Source: Hyphomicrobiales bacterium
Lineage (GTDB): Bacteria; Pseudomonadota; Alphaproteobacteria; Rhizobiales; Beijerinckiaceae
Length of the DNA: 64,000 nt
Assembly (NCBI GenBank): GCA_027483945.1
Contig: JAIXTM010000003.1
Location: forward strand, 55,873 to 119,872
Direction: 5' to 3'
A program made the position numbers and the translations under genes. Each line of letters starts with the position of its first letter. The stretch's first letter is position 1. The notes under the pieces were generated by a model that worked only from the letters and a program-made list of their open reading frames with translations, did not search any database and was not told the DNA's origin. This document shows positions 58,427 through 64,000 of this stretch, piece after piece.

Positions 58427-58824
58427 GGGACGGGGCCGCCGCGGAAGGTCCACACTTTGTGGGCGGCGAAACTCCAGACGAGCACGATTCCCGTCGTCGC
58501 GACCTGGGCGGGCAGGTAGGGCAGCGCCAGCCTGTCCACGAACAGGTGCATCAGCCCCCACGTCACCAGGAAGCCGACGAACGCGACGAGCGCGAAGCGC
58601 CACGTCGCCTCCCCGTGCGGCCGGTCGCTGCGATAGGTGTGGCGGCGGTTGAGGAGGTAGGAGACGATCCCGCCTCCGACATAGCCGGCGAGCGTCGCCG
58701 GAACGGGGCTGGCGAGACCGGTCTCCACCAGGCCGACCAGCATGCCGTAATGCACGATGGCGGCGGCGATGCCGACGCCGAAGAAGGCGGCGAACTGGCG
58801 GGCGAGCGCCGGCAGATTCCCCAC
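58423..58824 (-). CDS. GtrA family protein (small 4-TM, polyprenyl-phosphate-sugar associated family)
   Basis: Tail of ORF 58423..58977. My start call is the GTG at 58824, 8 nt after the SemiSWEET stop. FFGVGIAAAIVHYG...SYLLNRRHTY...AHKVWTFR matches the GtrA-family pattern. Confidence 0.75.
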   Translation of the reverse strand: MGNLPALARQFAAFFGVGIAAAIVHYGMLVGLVETGLASPVPATLAGYVGGGIVSYLLNRRHTYRSDRPHGEATWRFALVAFVGFLVTWGLMHLFVDRLALPYLPAQVATTGIVLVWSFAAHKVWTFRGGPVP

Positions 58825-58832
58825 GGCTGCGC

Positions 58833-59099
58833 TCAGCCGAACCGCAGCTTCAGCGCGGTGATCGTCCCCGCCAGGATCAGCGTCATCCCGTTCGCCACGA
58901 TCAGCGGCGTGCTGGCGAGCAGGAGCCCGTAGACGAGCCAGAGCGCGACGCCGAAGGTGAAGGCCACCTGCGTCCACAGCGACAGGGCCCGCGTGTCCCG
59001 GGTGCGGATGGTGCGGATCGCCTGAGGCAGCCAGCAGAACGTTGTGCAGCAGGCCGCGATGAGCCCGATGATCTCGATGGTGAGAGGCGTGGCCGTCAT
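58833..59099 (-). CDS. SemiSWEET (PQ-loop/MtN3) sugar transporter
   Basis: Internal ATG (MTATPLTIEIIGLIAACCTTFCWLPQAIRTIRTRDTRALSLW...) of ORF 58833..59135. The protein is 88 aa with 3 TM and a PQ motif. It looks near-colinear with the Bradyrhizobium SemiSWEET as I remember it. Confidence 0.85.
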   Translation of the reverse strand: MTATPLTIEIIGLIAACCTTFCWLPQAIRTIRTRDTRALSLWTQVAFTFGVALWLVYGLLLASTPLIVANGMTLILAGTITALKLRFG

Positions 59100-59156
59100 G
59101 AGGATCGTTCCCGTGGGGCCGCGTGCTTCGCCCATTCGGAAGCGGCGGTCAATCGC

Positions 59157-60401
59157 TCACGCCACCAGCCCGCGCATCGGGAGGATCCCCGCGCTGTCGG
59201 GGAAGATGTCGGCGGCGAGGACAGGCGCCGAGACACCGAACAGGTCCGCCAGCACACCCTTGGCGACCGCGCGCAGGTCCGCCGTCGGTTTCAGGTCCCG
59301 CGCCTCGAAGAGCTGGCTCTCCTTCAGGCCCGGCCAGTCGGCGACGACGCGCCCGCCCTTGACCGCGCCGCCCGCAAGGAACGCGGCCGTTCCCGTTCCG
59401 TGGTCGGTGCCGACCGTTCCGTTGATCCGGGCCGTTCGCCCGAACTCGGTGACGACCATGATCGCCGTGTCCTTCCAACGCGGACCCAGGATGCGCTCGA
59501 AGCTGGCGAGGGCATTGTCGAGCCCGCCGAGCCGGTTGGCGAGCTGGCCCTTCGCGCCGCCCTCGTTGGCGTGAGTGTCCCAGCCCTCGAAGGCGAGCGC
59601 GGCGATACGCGGCCCGTCATCGGCCGCGATCAGCCGGGCCGCGCCCTCCGCGATCTGGTTCATGCCGCGCGGATCGGCGGGACCGCCGGCGAGCCGCTCG
59701 CCCGCCATGCCTTCGCGCCGCGCCAGCCGCTCGGTATCGAGCCCGGCGGCGAGCGCCGCGGCGAGCTGCGGGTCGCGCTGGCCGTAGAGGTCGAGCAGCC
59801 TGGCCGCGAGGTCCTCGCCCGCGCGGGGCACGGTAGGCGGCGCCCAGCCCAGCACCGGGGCTCGGCCGCGCACGACGAGAGGAGCGACTGCGCCGACCCC
59901 CAGAAGCCGCGCGCCGGCCGCGCCCGGCGAGACACGCTCGCCCGCCGGCAGCGCCAGCGCCAGACGGTTGAGCCAGCCCGTCTCGACGCGGCCCGGCCCC
60001 GGCTGCCCGCTTTCCAGCACGTCCTGCCCGTCGAAATGCGAGCGCTCGCGATAGCCGGTCGCCACCGCATGGACGACGAGCGCCTGCCCCGCTTTGTAGA
60101 GCCGGGCGAAGTTCGGCATCGCTGGGTGGAGCGCGAAGAAACCGTCGAGCGGCAAAGCCGGGTCGGTCCCGCCCGTCTGGAGCGCGATACTCTCGCGCAA
60201 GGCGGCATAATCGGGGTCGCCGACGGGCGCCACGGCCGAGAGCCCGTCCAGCGCGCCGCGCAGCACGATCGTGACGAAGCGCGCGTCGCGCCCGCCCGCG
60301 GCATGGGCGAAGCGCGGAACGAAGCTCCACGCGAACAGGGCGCCGGCGGCACCAAGGACGGCGCGGCGGGTCGGGGTCATGATCTCGCAATCGTCGGACA
60401 T
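59157..60401 (-). CDS. DUF1501 protein (sulfatase/alkaline-phosphatase-like), Tat-exported
   Basis: ORF 59157..60401. The twin-arginine signal is MTPTRRAVLGAAGALFAWSFVPRFAHA. The C-terminal TEFGRT...NG..GTDHG motif is typical of DUF1501. An alternative ATG is at 60380. Confidence 0.8.
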   Translation of the reverse strand: MSDDCEIMTPTRRAVLGAAGALFAWSFVPRFAHAAGGRDARFVTIVLRGALDGLSAVAPVGDPDYAALRESIALQTGGTDPALPLDGFFALHPAMPNFARLYKAGQALVVHAVATGYRERSHFDGQDVLESGQPGPGRVETGWLNRLALALPAGERVSPGAAGARLLGVGAVAPLVVRGRAPVLGWAPPTVPRAGEDLAARLLDLYGQRDPQLAAALAAGLDTERLARREGMAGERLAGGPADPRGMNQIAEGAARLIAADDGPRIAALAFEGWDTHANEGGAKGQLANRLGGLDNALASFERILGPRWKDTAIMVVTEFGRTARINGTVGTDHGTGTAAFLAGGAVKGGRVVADWPGLKESQLFEARDLKPTADLRAVAKGVLADLFGVSAPVLAADIFPDSAGILPMRGLVA

Positions 60402-60405
60402 GCCG

Positions 60406-61815
60406 TCACCTGCGCTGGAATTCGGGGGACATGAGGAGGAGCGCGAGGCCCTGCTCGCGGCTCTCGGCCCGGGCCACCGCCTGCCGAGTCTCGTGCGAGG
60501 CGGCGGGGCCGAGCACCGTCTCCAGCCGCTCGCGCGGATCGATGCCGCCGGCCTGCCGGGACAATTGCACGGCGACGTCGAGCCGCGTCTTCAGCCCCTC
60601 CGCGCTCGCCCAATGGGCGGCGATGTCGGGAAAGCCGTTGGGCCCCGGCGGGTTCCAGAGCGGCTGGCCGAGCCCGTTGAGAAGGTTCAGCACCTGCGGC
60701 CCGCGCGGCGGCCTGTCGAGGGCGCGGCTCGCGGCGGCGAGGAATTCCTGCGGCGAGCGGACCTTGGCGAGCGGCGCGGCCCAGGCCTCTTTGGCCTCGA
60801 CGAGCGCCCGGTAGACGCTCGGCAGGTCGCCATCGCTCGCCGAGAAGGCCTCCGCGACCCGCTGCACCAGACCTGCCGGAGGTTCGTCGGCGACGAAGTG
60901 CCGGACGAGCTTCGTCGCGATGAAGCGCGCCGTCGCCGGATGGCGCGCGATGTCGGCGAGCACAGCCCTGCCCTTGGCGACGCCAGGCTGCGCGTAGGCG
61001 CGGCCGAGAACGGTCGGCGCACCGGGCTCGTGGCGGTTGGCGTTGAAGTGGAACTCGCCGAGCTCGTTGTCCTCGTCGAACGGGCCGACCACCGTCCAGC
61101 CGGTGATGGCGAGCGCGAGGTTCGTCACGTCGGCCTGGCTGTAGCCGCCGCCGACGCCGAGCGTGTGCAGTTCCAGGATCTCGCGGGCAAGGTTCTCGTT
61201 GAGGCCCCGTCCCCGCCGCTCGCCGGCCCGCGAGTTCGGCCCGACCGACTGGCGGTTGTCGAGGAAGATGAGCATGGCGGGGTGCATCTCCACCGCCAGC
61301 AGCATGTCCGCAAAGCGCCCGAAGACATGCGGGCGGATCGCCTCCCGCTCGAAAGCGCCCGCGGTGATGCGCACCGACTGACCCTTTGCGGCGGCGACGC
61401 AGAAATGGTTCGACCAGAACCAGACGAGCCGCTCCGCGAAGCCGATCCCGGCATCCTGCGCCGCCTGGAACCGGCGCTCGGCTTCCGTCCGGTAGATGTC
61501 CTGCGCCGGGTTGCGCAGGGGCGGCGGCGGTGGCGGCGGGCCATAGATGGCGGCTTCGCGCGCCTTCCGGTCGGCCTCGCTCCGGGCATCCTCGGCCCTT
61601 TGGCGCGCCTTGGCTCTTTCCGAGCGGAACTCATCGAGTTCGCGCAGGGCTTCGGGCGTGGCCAGGAGGCCGGCTGCATCGAGGGAGGTCGGCCGACCGA
61701 TCTCGGCCAGGACCGCGCCCTTCGGGTCGTGTCCCGCGGCGGCGAGCCCGTCTCCCGCCCGCGCCCCAAGCCCGAAGCGGGACAGGGCGAGATAGGGGAG
61801 ATGGTCGACCGCCAT
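60406..61815 (-). CDS. DUF1800 protein
   Basis: Internal ATG at 61815 (MAVDHLPYLALSRFGLGAR...) of ORF 60406..62244, in frame (1410 nt). WFWSNHF, MLIFLDN, NENLAREILELHTLGV, and GWT motifs are typical of DUF1800. The stop is 4 nt before the DUF1501 start. Confidence 0.8.
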   Translation of the reverse strand: MAVDHLPYLALSRFGLGARAGDGLAAAGHDPKGAVLAEIGRPTSLDAAGLLATPEALRELDEFRSERAKARQRAEDARSEADRKAREAAIYGPPPPPPPLRNPAQDIYRTEAERRFQAAQDAGIGFAERLVWFWSNHFCVAAAKGQSVRITAGAFEREAIRPHVFGRFADMLLAVEMHPAMLIFLDNRQSVGPNSRAGERRGRGLNENLAREILELHTLGVGGGYSQADVTNLALAITGWTVVGPFDEDNELGEFHFNANRHEPGAPTVLGRAYAQPGVAKGRAVLADIARHPATARFIATKLVRHFVADEPPAGLVQRVAEAFSASDGDLPSVYRALVEAKEAWAAPLAKVRSPQEFLAAASRALDRPPRGPQVLNLLNGLGQPLWNPPGPNGFPDIAAHWASAEGLKTRLDVAVQLSRQAGGIDPRERLETVLGPAASHETRQAVARAESREQGLALLLMSPEFQRR

Positions 61816-61935
61816 GGCACGTCCCCGTTGCGTGGCTCCAGTCTCGCCGATCCCGGTCGCGCCGGGAACGCCGATCGGCGCACCTATCGTAACGGTAAGC
61901 TGCGCCTTGGCGAAAGTGAGGCGCGGAATGCGAAA

Positions 61936-61963
61936 CGGCCGCCGAGGGGGAGCTCGGCGGCCG
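61936..61963 (-). terminator. hairpin terminator candidate after the DUF4394 gene
   Basis: Perfect 11-bp stem (plus-strand CGGCCGCCGAG/CTCGGCGGCCG) with a 6-nt loop. On the minus strand it is followed only by TTTCG, a short U-tract. Confidence 0.4.
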
Positions 61964-62026
61964 CACGTTCGCAGACGGCGCATCAGGCGTGGGGATGCGG
62001 CGCCGGCCGCGGGCGTCTTGGGACCG

Positions 62027-62815
62027 TCACATGGCGGGCAGGATCGCGATATCGCGCACGTTGGCCGGCAGGCCGGCGATCTTGCCCGCCGAGGTCGCCT
62101 TGCCTGTGGCGATGTCGACCGCGTAGAGCTCGCCATCCGCCAGGAGCCAGGCCTTGTTGCCGCCCTGCGCATCGGACTGGATGTCGAAGGCGACCGCCTT
62201 CGGCATGATGCCGAGCTTGCCGACCGCGCCCAGCACGCCGTCATTCGGCGGAGCCTGCTTCACCAGCGCGCCGATCGTGCCGTCGATGTTGTAGAGCGTG
62301 GTCTCCTTGGTGCCCTTCACCGAGTTCGTATAGGCGCCGGCGACGACGTTCGGCTTCTCGCCCTTGTGCATGTCGCCCTCGGCGAACTTGTGCGAGCCGT
62401 CCGTGGTCACCTTGCCGTCGTCGACATTGGCCCGCAGGCTCGTGCCGTCCGATCCCATCACGCGCAGCCGGTCGGCGGCCGGGTTGAAATCGACGGTCGC
62501 CATGACGCCGTCGGGAAGCGTCTTCTCCAGCTTGGACTTGGTGGTCGCCTTGCCGGCCTTGTCGATGGTGACGACCGTGCCGTCGGCGAGAAGGCCGTAG
62601 AGCATCCCGTCTGCGGGCCGCACGTCGATGCCGAGCAGTTTCCCCGGCGCGCCGGAGAGCTGCATCGTCTGGGTCGCCTTCTTGCCGGCGGCGTCGACCA
62701 TCACGAGCGTGTTGTCGCCGGACAGGGCGACGATGGTCTGGGCGGAAGCGGCCTGGGCGGCGAGCGCGAGCGGGGCCGCGAGGGCTGTGGCGAGAAGGGC
62801 GGTCTTGAGGTTCAT
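62027..62815 (-). CDS. DUF4394 domain protein, secreted
   Basis: ORF 62027..62815, with AGGAGAGGA upstream. Signal peptide MNLKTALLATALAAPLALAAQAASA. GIDVRPADGMLYGL, DFNPAADRLRV, and LY.ID motifs are as I recall for DUF4394. Confidence 0.75.
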   Translation of the reverse strand: MNLKTALLATALAAPLALAAQAASAQTIVALSGDNTLVMVDAAGKKATQTMQLSGAPGKLLGIDVRPADGMLYGLLADGTVVTIDKAGKATTKSKLEKTLPDGVMATVDFNPAADRLRVMGSDGTSLRANVDDGKVTTDGSHKFAEGDMHKGEKPNVVAGAYTNSVKGTKETTLYNIDGTIGALVKQAPPNDGVLGAVGKLGIMPKAVAFDIQSDAQGGNKAWLLADGELYAVDIATGKATSAGKIAGLPANVRDIAILPAM

Positions 62816-63064
62816 GGCTGTCGTCCTCTCCTGTTATGGCGGCGGCGCATGGCCACCGGGGCATGGGCGGCAGGCTGGCGCCGCTCCGATGTCGAGAGGG
62901 GGTAGCGGCCGGGAGCGCCGCCGGATGCAGCACCCCGACGATTTTTTTCAATCACGCGGAAAACACGCCCGATATCCGCATCCGATTGTCGGCGCGGCGT
63001 GTAGAGGCTACGAGTGGCCCGTGCGCTCGAGGGGAGCGCGCTCACGGATCACGGCAGGACGGGG

Positions 63065-63622
63065 ATGACCCACGCCTTCGCGGCGACCGGTATCGACATC
63101 GAGGCGGCCCTCGCGCGCTGCGCCGCCGGGGACGAGGCGGCGTTGCGGTCGATCTACGAGGCGGAGGCCGGGCGTATGCTCGGCGTGGCGCTGCGGCTCC
63201 TGAGGCGGCGGGCGCTCGCGGAGGAGGCCGTGCACGATGCCTTCGTGCAGGTCTGGCGCGCGGCGAGGACGTTCGATCCGGCGCGCGGCAGCGGCCGCAC
63301 CTGGATCTACGCGATCCTCCGCAACAGGGCGCTCAACATCCTGCGGGACGAGACACGCAGCGACCTCGCCGCCGATCCGGTCGGCGAGGAGGTCGCCAGC
63401 GAGGAAGAGGACCCCGAATCCGTGGTCGCCAGATTGTCCGACGCCGATGCGCTCAAGCGCTGCCTGCAGGGGCTGGAGCCCCGCCGGCGCACCGCGATCG
63501 TGCTCGCCTATGTACATGGCCTCAGCCATGGCGAGCTTGCCGGCCGCCTGTCGATCCCCCTCGGCACGATCAAGGCCTGGATCCGCCGCGGCCTGCTCTC
63601 GCTCAAGGAGTGCCTCGGATGA
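63065..63622 (+). CDS. ECF RNA polymerase sigma factor (SigK-like group)
   Basis: Internal ATG at 63065 of ORF 63014..63622. Region 2 is AEEAVHDAFVQVWRAARTFDPARGSGRTWIYAILRNRALNILR and region 4 is LAYVHGLSHGELAGRLSIPLGTIKAWIRRG. Confidence 0.85.
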   Translation: MTHAFAATGIDIEAALARCAAGDEAALRSIYEAEAGRMLGVALRLLRRRALAEEAVHDAFVQVWRAARTFDPARGSGRTWIYAILRNRALNILRDETRSDLAADPVGEEVASEEEDPESVVARLSDADALKRCLQGLEPRRRTAIVLAYVHGLSHGELAGRLSIPLGTIKAWIRRGLLSLKECLG

Positions 63623-64000
63623 GCGCCTCCACCGAACGCGAGGCCCTGGCGGCCGAATACGTGCTGGGCCTTCTGTCCGGCGAGGACAGGATCGCCGCCG
63701 AGGACCTGGCGGCCACCGACACGACGTTCGCAGCCCTCGTCGAGGACTGGCGCGCGCGCCTGTCCGTGATGGACGCTTCCGCCCGGCCGCAGGATGTGGA
63801 CCCGGCGCTCTGGGCCCGCATCGCCGGAAGTCTGCGCCATGTGGCGCAGGACGTCCCGGCGACCGCGACGGCCGGCCGCCGGACGCAAACCATGCGGCCC
63901 GCAACCTCCCGGCCCGGTCTGTGGAGCCATCTCGGCTTCTGGCGCGGGGCCGGCCTCGTCGGCGCGCTGGCGAGCCTCGTCCTGGCGGTCGGCCTCGCCG
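63619..64000 (+). CDS. anti-sigma factor, RskA-like (N-terminal part; runs off window end)
   Basis: The ATG overlaps the sigma-factor TGA (ATGA at 63619-63622). My translation is MSASTEREALAAEYVLGLLSGEDRIAAEDLAATDTTFAALVEDWRARL... then a TM GAGLVGALASLVLAVGLA at the window edge. It is not in the ORF track because it is truncated. Confidence 0.75.
   Translation, partial: MSASTEREALAAEYVLGLLSGEDRIAAEDLAATDTTFAALVEDWRARLSVMDASARPQDVDPALWARIAGSLRHVAQDVPATATAGRRTQTMRPATSRPGLWSHLGFWRGAGLVGALASLVLAVGLA

Overview
This is a very GC-rich, gene-dense chromosomal segment. G+C looks like about two-thirds or more by eye; I did not compute it. It resembles core genome of an alphaproteobacterium of the Rhizobiales/Hyphomicrobiales type. 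That placement is an inference from gene content and synteny: dnaG-rpoD, yqeY next to carA, htpX-rsmB-heparinase-like-purH, IalB, the ~180 kDa NAD-glutamate dehydrogenase, and a Bradyrhizobium-like SemiSWEET.

I call 61 protein-coding genes, two of them cut by the window edges, plus a handful of hairpin terminators and inverted repeats. All product calls come from recognising motifs and architecture in the supplied translations; no searches were run. Many ORF-track starts were trimmed to internal ATG/GTG codons using Shine-Dalgarno spacing and neighbouring genes.

I found no rRNA, tRNA, CRISPR array, transposase, integrase, phage gene or recognisable defence or toxin-antitoxin module. This is not an obvious accessory island.

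Several kb-scale ORFs in the track are antisense shadows of real genes, as expected at this GC content, and are rejected.

Regions most worth a second look:
1. 1-6793: a compact glycan locus. A fused ABC exporter lies divergent from a translationally coupled five-gene unit of two MurG-like glycosyltransferase (GT) paralogues, two family-4 glycosyltransferases (GT4) and a cytoplasmic NodB-type deacetylase. There is no Wzx/Wzy, synthase or priming enzyme.
2. 58423-61815: an apparent four-gene operon joining the uncharacterised DUF1800/DUF1501 pair to a SemiSWEET sugar transporter and a GtrA-family protein. It sits next to a DUF4394 gene and a SigK/RskA-like ECF sigma/anti-sigma pair.
3. 21562-22075: an orphan plus-strand terminator with C-rich tracts in the 514-bp gap upstream of the NAD-GDH gene, a candidate sRNA or attenuator.
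4. 19559-19727: a structured 169-nt leader upstream of the BI-1/YbhL-family gene.

Everything else looks like ordinary housekeeping or metabolic genome.
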